Position numbers and translations under genes: made by a program. The notes below the pieces were generated by a model that did no database searches, was not told the DNA's origin, and saw nothing but the letters and a program-made list of their open reading frames with translations. Positions 24,101-36,629 of a stretch of 48,382 nucleotides of DNA are shown piece after piece; position 1 is the first letter of the stretch; each line of letters starts with the position of its first letter. The stretch is taken from contig JABANN010000240.1 of assembly GCA_013115125.1 (NCBI GenBank), positions 1 to 48,382 of the forward strand, read 5' to 3'. Origin of the DNA: Perkinsus olseni. Taxonomy: Eukaryota.

Positions 24101-25562
24101 GCGATATTCTGGATTAAGATCCTCATAGACCGTCCGTGTGCTGCACTGACGATTATCAAACTCAAGCACAACATAAGGATCCGAGTTGCCACCCCAGTCG
24201 GCCGCCATCTATACATACAAGAAGAATCCCCTACGCACTCCACAGAAGCCTTACCAAATTCTTAGCCGATATCACATCCACCAGAATGAGGCCACTCAAC
24301 CTCAATCCAGGCTGCGTCGTGCATCGAGGGACCGCCTGAGACCCATCATACGTACCAGCAACGCTACTTCCCAGTACCACCCCATTGCCCCCTTCATCCT
24401 TAGACGCTGGCACTCCACCACCACTGGCCGACATTGCCAGAGGCAGCCGATCAAAGTACCTGATGATCACCAAGTCCGGAAAGCAGCACAACCAGCATGC
24501 GTCCTACTTCCAAGACGTAGCTCTGAGGAATGCCCTAATCCACTGAGGGCGCTCATCGCTTCGAGGGGTAGCAAACACCAGTGGCTCGATCTTCAGCCCT
24601 ACTAGATGCCTCACCGATGCGACGATGGGGCAGACGCCTTACCAGGTCTCTTCGCCAGGTATACGGTAAACATCGACAGCGCTCTACCCTTTTTGGTCCT
24701 CCTACCGCTGCCCAATACCAGCGACTGAGGTAAGTGAAGAGCTAAGCTCCTCACTAGACAGTGACGCGTGTTCCTCCTAGCTGTAACTACTAGTAACGTG
24801 CCATTCTGTTCCGGTCGATTGTTTTTTATTTGGTCAGCCGAAGGGCGATCAGGGCCATGTCCTACTGAACCTCGCGACACCGACCGCCCTACTTACAGAG
24901 ACACCATTCCTCTCATCGCCTAGAGGAAGCTCCTCTTCCTGTGGACAGGCTTCGGCAGCCACTATAGTCGCTCCCGCCAAACACCGTACCTGCTACCATT
25001 CATCATCATAACCGTGTACTGCCAATGACATTACACTGGCTAGCTGATGCTCCTTAACGTCCATTAGTTTGAACCATATCACCATACCACCCCTGACCTC
25101 CACCCATCGTCTGCTGAATATACCCGTCCTCGGACGCCTCTTGAACCTACCCAGCTCAACACTCCGTCCCCCACGTGCAGGTGGGGTACTATTACAATGT
25201 CCCGCTCTTTATCAAGCCCGAGGGAGGCGCCAATGTCGAGTAGTCCACAGCAGCCTGCTGCTGTTGCTGCTGGTCCTCTCGTCGGGCGGGTGGTGATGGT
25301 GAGAGGGACCGAGTCGAGACGAGTGCCGTCAATCCCGATCGATGCTGTCCTCGCATGCCTCAAAGCTACACGGGTACTACTAATTCATTAACCTCCACGC
25401 GCACTCTTCGAACCCAAGACAATCCTGTGTTAAATGTCGAGTTCTCGCTTCGACCTTGGATTCCACTCCTATATACCAAACCCACCTCCGCAGGGCTGCT
25501 TGCAGCCTCATATTACGCCGTCGAAAAAATATAGATAAAACGAATGACTCTCGAGGCATCAT
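21152..25562 (-). CDS. C2-domain and C-terminal transmembrane protein (MCTP-like) with a possible PH-like domain; many exons
   Basis: C2 pieces 'GLILVDVISAKNL', 'TRTVYEDLNPEY' and 'SFYVYDEDELSADDLLGVATLPL'. MCTP/PRT_C-like 'DAISKLEQFRNIVAWKVSWMTDIIVVLGILVLCLAVMILLP'. PH-like end 'LVFATPRSDERPQWIRAFLRA'. Confidence 0.65.
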
Positions 25563-25759
25563 CACCGATGCGGTGAATTGAACGACCAAGCGATAGTATG
25601 AACGACATGCATGGACCCCAGCAGCAAAGAGTAGCGGGAAAAATTATGGTTCCCGTCGAGAGGAACACCACAGGATGAAAGAGCCATCCAAAGACAACTC
25701 TAATGGACAGTGTGAGGGCTTCCTTCTGCTAAGGGGTGCTGCTGCTACTACTTCTACTA

Positions 25760-28465
25760 CTACAATGCAGAGTACCCGTCGTTTATTTTACTATAGCTTC
25801 GATAAGCATGGCGCTTCCCAAAGAAGGTACCAAGCCAGAAAGTAACTATACACGCAGCCAGCGTTACCGCCAACGATATCCAAAAACTGTGACTAGGCGA
25901 AGCGACGAGGGGAGATAGCAGCGCGCCCGCCTTAGCCTCCTCGTATGCATCCTTCCCCGCTGGTCTAACGTAATGATCGGCAGGTCTGTAAAAATCATCG
26001 GTGAAACCGATCATCCTCATATACCAGTCAGGCTGAGGAAGGCCCCCTTGGAAGTCCATACGACCATCCGGAAAGTTGTAATAACCGTCATTATACCGGA
26101 CCTGTCATGGTGATCTAGTACCACCTCCACGACTCCCGCCCACCCCCTTACTATGAGCTCATCAGCCAACTTCCACCACTCCTCAGTGACTCGCCTCTGC
26201 ACTCTGAGTTGCAGACTATTGAGCATCCTCGTTTGCTCCTCTGGGTCCGTCAACTTAGCGGCCTCATCCTCTACACGTTGGGCCTCTGCTAGAACCCATC
26301 TGATGATAGTCACTCGGATACCAACTATCACCATCATCACTACCTTTGCAGCTCGTCACGCTTCGGATATACCATCTCCTGACTCATATTCTGATAATTG
26401 ATATTCATCCAGTTAGCGACAAAGTCAAATGCCCAGAAGGCTGTGGACCGATTGAACACCTGACAAAGGGTATTCAACTTTCGACCAAGGCCCCCCCATC
26501 AGAGGCCAACACCACCGCCGCCACCACCACCACCACCCACCTGCAAAGCTGGCCCGTACTGTGTGCCAAAACTCGGGTCTACAGCGTTTGCCTGGGAGTA
26601 AAACGGTACGAAAACTGAAGTGGCGGGGGCGTCCAGGGCATACCAAACCTGACGGCTGCAGTAGAGGACAACAGTACACAGGAAAAACATTACCTTGGGG
26701 AAGGGCTTCTGACTAGTAGCGACCATGGTGTAGCTTGTACGATGGAGGGATATCGCCCTGGGGATCTGACCCTTCACCTTCTTCATCAAGTCACCACCGA
26801 TCTCATAATTAGGATTACCGTACATGCCTGAGGGAAGGAGAATCTTTGACCTCTGCGTTGTCCTCACTGCTGCTGCTGCTCACCCGCTAGGATTCCCTTG
26901 GTCATGTCGTATTCGGTACCCTCATAGTGATCACGATGGAGGTCAAAGATTTCACTGATGGTGACTGGTCTGTCCACTGGGACAGAAAAAGGATAATCGA
27001 GGGGGTCCTCGTTATTGGGTACCTACAACAAGCGTTGAGGAATAGCAAGAAGACCAAGACGAAGCGGCAGAGAAGCCGAACGCCTACCTTCTGTGAATGT
27101 GCAACTCTATCAAAAACTCTCCATTGCCTTAGCGAAGCGTAGCGAGGTAGTGGAAGAGGAGCTCCCACGACCCTAGACCAGTCAAACGGACCCACACCTG
27201 CCAGAGAACGTTCAATCAATACCACACCAGACGCTGCGCTCGTCGCATCGCTCCAACTCCTGCTAAACCCCTTCTTTATTACCATCCCACAAGCCAAGCT
27301 CCTTCGTCTTCTCGAAAAGATTCTCCGAGTAGATGAACTCATCAGGGCTATCAGGCTTGACCTCCTTAATGATAACGTTGTTGGCTACTACTGCAACATG
27401 GTCATCCGGCACCTGCAGAGTGAGGCAGGTGACACACCAATATGACTATTAACAACATCTGCCACCCTCTGTGCAACCCAAAAGGCTCCCTTGTTGCCAT
27501 CGCCCTGGATCTCGAATACCCAGGCCTCGGTATCATCGATGATCGTGATGGCTTCACTAGAGCCATACCTGAACCAACCCATCCTGCCTCTGGCTTCCCT
27601 TCGACCACCGTTACTACTCCTCTCCGGCAAAGCCGTACTGCTGTGCGAGAGTGCCTATCTTATTGATAGCACAGCGGGCAGTCTCGCACCTCTCCATTGC
27701 TATAGCCATCAAGGGGGCGATGGTGAACAGAGCGGGGCCTGAGGGGTCGAGACTAATCCGAAGCCAGCAGCAGCGACGGTGGACGCGACCGACCTTCCTT
27801 CCCGTTGACCTCATCTTTGTGGAAGAGCTCTTGGATGGCTAATGACTTCTTAGCAGCAGTAGTGCTCTCACCAATCGCCAAACCCTAGCAGCCCATCATT
27901 CATACAGGACCACCTAAGACGCCCCTATACTCACCTTAGAGTTGATAAGGGGGTAAGAGGACTCCCATAACGCATGCGTCGGCCCCTCACTGGGTACGTA
28001 CCCCAATGCCATGGATTCGTTTTGACCTGAACTGCTACCATCGCCCTTCGCTTTAATTATGCGCATCGCCTACCAGGCAAGGGCTCGTAGATGTCCGATC
28101 TACCATTGGTAACAACTCTAGGGTAAAGGGCTTGGATATTATCAAAGACAGGCCTCGGAGCGGTGCCGTTACCCCGGGGAACGTAGGCCATGCGATTGTC
28201 ACAGTTGTTGCAGTCGTTAGCATGAGTAGCTACAGGATACCCAAAGGTAGTTGCCTTCCGTCCGAAGATCATACTCGTGCATTTATCGCTGTTACTGTCA
28301 AGGTACTCAGCGCGCCTGAGGGAAGGAGAAAGGTGGGAGCGGTGAAGAGGATAGAGGTCCCTACTTGACAGCCTCTGGATCAGCGTCTGAAGACGCATTG
28401 GTGAGGACACCAACAGTAGCCAATGCCACGGCCGCAGAAAGAAGAGGGCCGGAAAAAGTCATCAT
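25760..28465 (-). CDS. Peptidase family C69 (dipeptidase/secernin-like Ntn hydrolase) with signal peptide and C-terminal TM helix
   Basis: 'CTSMIFGRKATTFGYPVATHAND', 'IAPLMAIAMERCETARCAI', 'SEAITIIDDTEAWVFEI', 'WVAQRV', 'YASLRQWRVF', 'RAISLHRTSY' and 'WYALDAPATSVFVPFY'. Confidence 0.9.
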
Positions 28466-28928
28466 GTCGAAAGCGGATGCCACTTACGGGTGGCGCGGTT
28501 CAACCTCGGATATGCACGCATGCACAGCACGCATGCCCAACAGAGTGAGTGGAGACTAGTCCCTCTAGGGTGATGAGAAAGCGGAGGGTGGATCAACGAG
28601 GGGAAGAAGGGAAACCGATGTTACCGTCCCACTATAGAAAAACTCATCGAGTGGACGCTGCTGGAAGGTGGAATGCCGCGCTGAAGATCTCGCTCGCCCA
28701 GGCTGAGCGCACGATCTGAAGACCCCCTCGGCGACCCTGAGCCATCCACTTCTCGTCTGATTATGTGTACGTAGTGAGCGAGTGATGACCTCCAGTCACA
28801 TCCCAGTGAGCGTTTCCCATCCCCACTGTTTACTCAACCATCGCAACATTGCGGTAGCGGTGATGGTGATGATGATAATGAACTACAGTTAATAGTAGCA
28901 AGATGATTGTGAACCAAGTGACCTCAGC

Positions 28929-30817
28929 TCATTCAGAATGGTACCGGGCAAGATACCTCTCCACCTTGTCCACATCATAGCCCTCTGCTTCCATCCATAA
29001 CACGATCCAGTCATACTTCACACCAACCGCCCGTTGATGTACTTCCTTTATAGCCTCTACCTTCTCATGGGTCCGCCCTACGTTCCCGCTACGCGCATAG
29101 ACCCTCATAACTACCCCCTGCGGAACGCCCAGCTCCTCACCGATCTCTCGTAAGGCTCTTGCCACCTCCACCGTCCTCCTCGACGACCCTTTCTCCCAGG
29201 CCAGGATATCTGCCACCCATTGCGCCTCGAACTCATTCTCCTTCTCTATTTCCTCCATAAAGTGTATCAGCTGGTGGGCCCGAGGGACAAAGTCGCCCTC
29301 ACTCGCATGCGCTCGATGCTGATGGCCTCCATCACCCAAGCCCGGGGGTAGGGTGGAGTCAGACCTACTACCGTAGTAGTTCCGGTCTCCATTTCTGACA
29401 ACGGACCCATTGCTAGTAGCGGAAGATGCCGGTCCCCCGTACCTGTGCTCGGTACCCTCAGCCGCCTGCGTTGCTCCGATATCCCCAGCAGCCCCTCTCT
29501 GGGCTTTGTGTCCCTCCCCCATGTCTTCTGGTGGGGTATCGCATATGATACTCTCGTAGACGCTGCTAGAAGGGGATGATGACGAGGAGGAGGAGGAGGC
29601 CTCTTCTCGCGCCGCCCTCCGCCTAATAACAGGCTCTCCGTCAGCATCCTCAGAAGACCTCGAGCCGGCCGATCGCCTCTCTGGGTGTGCTCGCGGCCTC
29701 TCCTCCCGCCTGGGGCGCTGTACCCCATCCCTTCTACTCGACACACCCCGCATCCCATTCTCAGCAGCGGCCTCGGACAGGCCGCTGACGACATCATCTT
29801 CCCTCAGAGACACGAAAGATTCGCTCACTCTTCGGTTATCAAAGGGCTTCTCCTGAGAGAACCTCCCTGTACGACTCTTCTTAGCGACTGGCCTCCCCCC
29901 TCCATCTCTCGCCGAGGGGACTGCACGATCTCCTCCTCGGTGCTGAGCCCGACTCTGGTGGCTCGAGGTGGAGGCATCCGCACTCCCACTGCTGCTGCTG
30001 CTGCTGCTTGATGCTGCTGCTGCTACTGCCGCCGCATGCCTTGCCTTCCTCTCCTCGGCCAGCCTAGCAGACAGCTCCTGATACCTGGGTTCGATGAACT
30101 TCAGCCACCTCGTCCTCATACTCTCATGTGGGTGAGGTGCGGCTATACCTGATGTCAGGAGGTGAACACCCATCAATAGCAGGCCTTGTTAGAATCACAC
30201 CTTTCTCCTCTGCCTCGATCCATATCTTGTTCCCCCTCACCGGCACTTTCTTCCCCCTTCTGGTGAACTCCGGAGGTTTATCAGCAATGAACCGAAAAAT
30301 GGCGAAGTCGTCCTCCTCGGTGAAGTTGGTATGCGCCAGTGGCGCCACACAGCGTCTGCTGGCGAAGTTGACTTCGTACGCTAAGGGCATCGGCCTAGCG
30401 TTTGTAACCTGCTCTCGAGCAGGTAATAACACCACCGGCCACCATGGAAGACCTCACCATGTAGTCGCTAAGCCTCTCGCAAATCCCACGCGCTACAGAG
30501 TTGGTGATGAATCTAACGTCGATGGCAGTACTCTGAGGGAAAGAGGCCTCCCTGAAGCAGAACGGTTGAAGGCTGGCCTACCTTGGACAAGGGAGCATCT
30601 TTGATGACCCCGGGGTCCATCAGTACCATATCCTCTTCCCTTTCCCTACCATCGGCCTGAAGGACTGTAGAGTGATGATAGCCATGGCAGCGAGCCCCAT
30701 CCCCATAGCACCCACCCTTCGTTTTCTCTCTTTACCGCCATTATCTTCGAGCAGCCTTCTTATCCGACTCCGATCCTTGAGACCCGCAGAGAGGATGAAC
30801 TCCATCCCTCTGAACAT
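28929..30817 (-). CDS. RAP1: Rap1/TERF2IP-like telomere protein (BRCT - Myb - disordered linker - RCT-like); start may be further upstream
   Basis: Spliced BRCT-like 'MFRGMEFILSAGLKDRSRIRRLLEDNG...MVLMDPG...AIDVRFITNSVARGICERLSDY'. Rap1-type Myb 'NFTEEDDFAIFRFI...RGNKIWIEAEEKGIAAPHPHESMRTRWLKFI'. C-terminal 'LREIGEELGVPQGVVMRVYARSGNVGRT'. Confidence 0.72.
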
Positions 30818-31432
30818 TGGTAGAGGCAATGCCGCACAACCTGTCTGAAACAGCCGATACAGGCACACGGAAGTGAACCCGAATCTTCGTCCACAGCGCA
30901 TAGGAGGGGTGTTATGTGCCTCAGTTGACTTTAACACAAGAGTGAGGAGAGGCGCCAAGAAGGCCTTGAGTATGCGTGCAACTGTGAAGGCAGCATAGCT
31001 AATGGCAAAGCCGCGCAACTGTAAGGACAACACTAAGGATGCCATTCTCAGCCCTCAGCATTATCATGCCTAAGAGACACCAAAGTAGCAATACTCAGTA
31101 GCTCAATCAATCATCAGAAGCCTATAACCAACTTGAAGTCATTTCTTCTATGTTCCACTGGCGGTGATCAGGAATGAGATTCGGGGACAACCGGGGATTC
31201 AGCTGCCTCCAAGGTATTCAGCCCTCCTAGAGAGAAATACTACACGCTCCAAGGCAAGAGCGGCGGCACCCTACCTGGCCCCCGTTACTGCAGCTACTAC
31301 GCCTTTAGCGAGGCCGTTCAAACCCACTGTGGCGTCCCTTAACGAACCCCCTCCCTCCATTGGGCAACTCCACCGCGGAACTTGGAAACAAAGAAAGTGA
31401 AACTGCACTGTTAGTAGTGTACTTTGAAGACT

Positions 31433-34400
31433 CTATTCTGAAGTCACATCTTTGAGTTCTTTCTTGAGGGGAGTGTTGACGAATTTATGAAAAGTCTTGG
31501 CCGCCGAGGGCCCCTAAAACAGCAGCACTCGGCCTCATCGCCGGAGGGTTGAGCCTATCCTACCATCAGTTCAGTCATCGTTTCCACGTCCAACTTGACC
31601 AGCTTCTTCAGAGTATTAGCCTTTGGTGAATTACGCAGTACCGTCAAGATATGGGGTGTTATCCCAGGGCAGCTGAGGAGCAACTACATCGCAACACCCA
31701 CCTGAGGGACGGGGCTTACTTCAAGAGGATCTCGGAGGCGGCAGTCCTAGTGGAGGCCGGATTGGCACTCTGGGCCTTCTTCGATGCCAGGTCGAATTGG
31801 ACTACAGTAGAGAGACACTCAGCAGTGATGAGCAACTTCCTCCCGGTCATCAGCACCTGGCCCTCCTTCCTCGATGGTCTCATCAGCCATACTGCCCTCA
31901 ACTTTCTTCTTCATAGCCTCCACTGGATCTGGCTGTTGGACGGCCCTCACCTGCGCCATCTCCGACTATGGCAGCGCCATCACCATCGCCATCCACCCCA
32001 CCTTGAGTGCCACGAAGAGGTTGGCAGTGCTTCTGTCCGACAGGGACCACATGAGGCGAAGACTGGGGAAGTGCAGTACCAGAGCAACTGAGCAACATCA
32101 AAGAGAATGGGTGGAGGCGCAAACCTCCCCAGCAGCCCACGAGTACCAAGTCGTGATATATTATCGCTGTCGCTGATCCTGGCCGAGTTGCCCCTCATCA
32201 GAGCCCCGGCCTCGGTCTCCTGTACCTCTACTAGAAGGGAGGGCATACGGTAGTTGAAGGACATGCTCACTGCCTGACGATACCTAATGATAGGAGGAGG
32301 GCTAGTGCAGCAGCGGTGCCACAGAAACCGAGGAGGAGAGGGCGTACAGTCGGCCACTGGCAAGACTGCCTATGAGGTCCGGTAGAGCCTTCCTCTCAAT
32401 ACAGATATCCCGGGAGAGGATGAAGTCCCCGACTGGTAGGGTGTACTGGACAGAGTAGACGATAGAGATGATGTTCACCAATAGGAGCCCCTCACTGGTA
32501 GGAGGGTAAGGCCCTTCCGATGCAGCTCCAATGGCAAGTTGCTTCGCAGTTCCCTAACATCAACAATGACTGTCTGCCGCATCTCCTCCTCCCGCTTCCT
32601 CTTCCGACCGCCCGCCCGTGACGAAGCGGCTGCAACCCCTCCCACCGGTGTCTAAAATACATGGAATAATCGAACCCTCCTCGAGGTTTGTCTGACCGTG
32701 AGGGGCACCCATTCGTCCTTGGGCTTGGACGTCGCCACAGTCTTCTCCATACTGATGAGCTCGTGGAAGGCCTGCTGCTCCTGCACGCCCGACTGGGCTA
32801 ACCGTCGCGATTCATGAGAATTCAGCACTTGTATGATGACGGTGTGGACCAGTGGATCTGAAAGAGGTTATCCGAGGGAACGACTTAGGCCACTCGGGCC
32901 TACCTCCTCGGTTCTTCACGTAGGAAGTGTATCGCTCCGCTACCCTTATTGGCAGTATGGTGGGCGCATCGTATAAGAGTATCACATTCGGCTGGAACTC
33001 TGCTAGGCGGGTGGTCATATACCCGTCCCCCTTGAATGCATCCACCACGTTGATCATAACACTGAGCAAGGGGAGGAGTAGCTCAGATATGCCTGCCTCG
33101 ACAGCTACGGCGACTGACTACGGTACTGTACTTTATCAAGCTCTTCCTCAGTACGGCTTCACCGTTCTCCCCATTATCCACGATGACATCTCTCACCCCT
33201 TCCAGGGAGCGACTGCAGACGTTAGCACACCGGTCGGGCATATTATAGAGCTCCTCCTTGAGTAGGTCAGCCTCTTTCTTGAGAATGCCTGCCATAGTAC
33301 ACCATAGTACACCGGCAGAGGGTGTGAGGGGGCCGCACAGGAGAGCCTCACCGAGATTCGATCCAGCTTGCTTAGGTCTGTAGTAGTCATTGCTGCGCAT
33401 CTCGTAGAGGAGGCTTTGGAAGGACTGCAGCAGGGCTGCCTCGGGGCCTACACGACAGTGCTGTACTCTCCTCAGCCCACTGGCTGTGTCCTCCTCCCCT
33501 CACCCCGGTCCACCAATGTTTTAGTCATGTAGGAGGAGGTTTGAGCGTGGGTCACGACGGCTACTCTGATCTCGGGTAAACTAAAGGATGATGGCCCCTC
33601 CTTGAGGACTCGGACCGCTGAGAAGACATGCGTGGGGTGGAAGGGACGGAGCGTAGCTGGTAGAGCAGCATCATGATCAGCACCTTCATCGTTGATGGCC
33701 TTCTGGAGCATAGCCCATTTAGGAGGAGGGTCCATGTGTAGGTGTAGGCCTCGGGCATCGAAGTTGTACCTGCTCAAAGATCTCTGCCATCAGTACCCCG
33801 AGGTGGTACTGATGACCGCAGCGCCCTGGTGCGGTCTAGTACGGTAAGATTGCCGCGATGACCGCCCTGAGCGCTCTACCGAAAAGCGGCTCAGACCACC
33901 AACAAACCGCGCAGGATCAACACCCCCACGAAGGACTTGAGAGGAGTCCGGAGCAGACAACAACAGGAGTGAGAGCCTCGAGGTGGCCTACAGTCTCTGG
34001 CGTGCTTGGCTAATGAGCTTATAGGTAGCCCCGGCGTTCACCCAGGGTGAATCAGGATGGGCTGATATAGCATCCAGGAGGGATACGAAGAACTGCAGAA
34101 CAACAGCGTCGAGGATAAGTAGTGTAGGGATGCTTACCGCAGTGGCATCACCCGAGCGCAGCTTGTAAGTGAGCCTCTCCAACACGTCAGCGTCCCTGAT
34201 CATATTCTGTGTCCGTCGGCCCAGCTGGTCCCATACCTACTATAGAGGACTCCAGTGCACTCCTGCAGCTGTTGAGCACCGACCAAGGACAGCTGTGGGC
34301 GGAGTGTAAACCACTCATCGATGGCAGCTAGGCCACGGAGGGCACCTTTGGGCAGGCCTTGAGGGAAGATCGGTATACCTGAACCCAACAGGGAAAGCCG

Positions 34401-35699
34401 CATACGAAGTGGTGACGGGAATGCATTTCTTCCTGCCATCTTGGATGCAATAAAATCAGAGGGTTAACAATGATTTAGGACATACCGCACTTCACGGAAT
34501 TGAAGGTAATGGATGAGAAGATGGGAAGTGATTGAGGAAAATAATACCACCTCACCAACCAGTACTCAGACACCTCACAGGCCGCCTCCTATAATAATTG
34601 CTTGCGAAGGCTTATTACCAGCATCGATGACTCCTTTACTTTTGGCTATATCCTCAAAGTTAGCCTCGAGTATCGTATTCAAAGTCTTCTCAGCCTCCGC
34701 GATTTGGGCAGGGAGCGGTACTGGGAAAAAATCATACCACAGAGATCGATGCGATAACGACCACAGAGCCAGTGACGGTGCTCTTCGTACTGCTCAAGAC
34801 TCTGACGCCAGTAGTATCATCCTGAGCAGCTCGTTGCTGTCCATCCGCTGCCGTCTCGTCCTTCTCCTGCTTGAAGGACTCCATCACTTCAACTCGGAAG
34901 CGCGGCACCAACACTATCGATGAGGACCCTATCTGGAGCTCTCGAAGGAGGCCTGACCATCACCATGCCTAAACCAGTTGAATCTGCTATCGCCACTGCT
35001 ACTTTCAACGTTCATGAGGGTTCGACATCTAACGGGATTGTCGGTGAAGGCCGCAATGAATCCTCTCCCCTTCTGTTTCCTCTCACGGTAGAGTTCACAG
35101 GCGAACTGCTCACAGTGGGAAGTGGTGTGGGCGTTGAGGACCACCATACCGGCCACGATCTCGGTCGTAAGTCTATTGGTGAGGAAATCCGTTACCAGTA
35201 TCCTACTCGTTATCGCCAGACACCCACCGGCCAAGTACCTGGAGGATGCCGCCTCCAAGCACGTGACGAAGGAAAGTTGGTAGCAATCTTGGTGGTATTG
35301 AACAAACAAAATATAAGGGCTGTGATAACGCCTACATCTCATCCCTCTGCGTTGGTGCTACATCCGCTGTGACTGGAGTAGCCCCGATACACTCAGCCTC
35401 TCCCTCTCGAGCATTTATAACGAGTACCAAGGGCTCACCAACAGGACGGCAAGATTGGAGGCGTCGTAGTAGCGCCGATACCTGTCCGGACAGTGAAGGG
35501 TAGCTACCGAGGATGAGATATCCCCTACCAGCTCACACGCTCCGAGACCCTGGCCCATCACCACTAGAGCTCCTCCGCCTCCTCGGAGTTTGCCTTCTAT
35601 GTGCTCGGCGATTCGGGCGTGGTATGGTAGTGGCAAGAGTGCAATGCGGTTGCCAGAGGTGGTGGCAGGGTCAGCGACGGGAGACGAAGCAGTGGACAT
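31433..35699 (-). CDS. ERCC4: DNA repair endonuclease XPF/ERCC4/Rad1, many exons
   Basis: 'LVVMGQGLG', 'YLAGGCLAITSRILVTDFL', 'GFIAAFTDNP' and 'LVPRFRVEV'; nuclease 'VIVDVRELRSNLPLELH', 'LPVGDFILSRDICIERKALPDLIGSLASGRL'; HhH 'LLSCPGITP'. Confidence 0.93.
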
Positions 35700-35949
35700 G
35701 GTAACGCATCAGCAATGAGGACAATTCTCCACCGACACCCAAGGAGCGGACAGCGAGGCAACACAAAGGCTCAATGGGCTACTCTGATGATGGGGACTCC
35801 TTCGAGCGAGCCACCGCAGTCACTGAGTCGATCTCGACGCCACGCCCTCCTGCGATGTCCCTTATCCACTCGTACAGCACCAATCGGCCCTGACAACAAC
35901 ATGGGCTCCAGCGAAGGGGCAGCAGCAGCTGCGTGAATACACAACACGA

Positions 35950-36544
35950 TCATAAGTCCGAGTCTGAGTACCAAGCCAAGGGCCTCCCTACCGGGCACTT
36001 GTCCATCTGCAGGTAGAGTAGTACTGCCACTTTACATATATACCACAGAGGGAAGTGGAAGAGTAGAGTGCTGAGGCTCACTGACTCTACTAGAAGGATA
36101 CCTCCCAGGCAGACCCAGTACCTGAGAAGGAGTGCCAGGGAGAGGGGCTGGGGTGGCCATCACTGAAGCCATCGCTCAAGCTGCTTTCCATTGTGCTCAG
36201 GATCAGCCTCGAAGTCTCGGATGGCCTTCATGCTCCTCCTCGCTGGGTTCACCACTGCCACCGCCGTGCTAACAGCAATGGCTTCCACCACACTGAAGGC
36301 TGGAAACGCACCTTATCACGAAGGCCCCCCAGCCGACAAGAAGGCCTCCGCTCACAACAGCGAAGAGCACTGAGGTCAACAGACCCGGCTCAACACCGAG
36401 GAGGCCGGAGAGCTGGCAGAGGACGGGGACTTCGCGGCAACGTTCGTCCAATGCTCTGAAGGTGTCCTCTAGCGAGCCTTCGTCTACAGTCTTGCTACTA
36501 CCGACGGAAGCTGTCTCTGGCATTGGGGCGAGAACAAACACCAT
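35950..36544 (-). CDS. TB2/DP1/HVA22 (REEP/Yop1) family ER-shaping protein, spliced
   Basis: Hydrophobic hairpin followed by 'VAVVNPARRSMKAI...LERWLQ / YWVCLG / WYICKVAVLLYL'. Confidence 0.8.
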
Positions 36545-36629
36545 TTCGCGTGGAGAGGTGATTACTACACAACAGTAAGAGGGAGGGATGGAAAAGTGAC
36601 AGTAGAGGGTGATGGCACGATGACTATCA

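Noticed and set aside
24089-24103. ATACTACCTGG resembling the U1 snRNA 5' end
   Set aside because: It is the reverse complement of a splice donor in the C2 gene and no U1 body follows.
30850-31400. Possible small gene or extra Rap1 5' exons between XPF and Rap1
   Set aside because: I could not build a stop-free spliced model; left unresolved.
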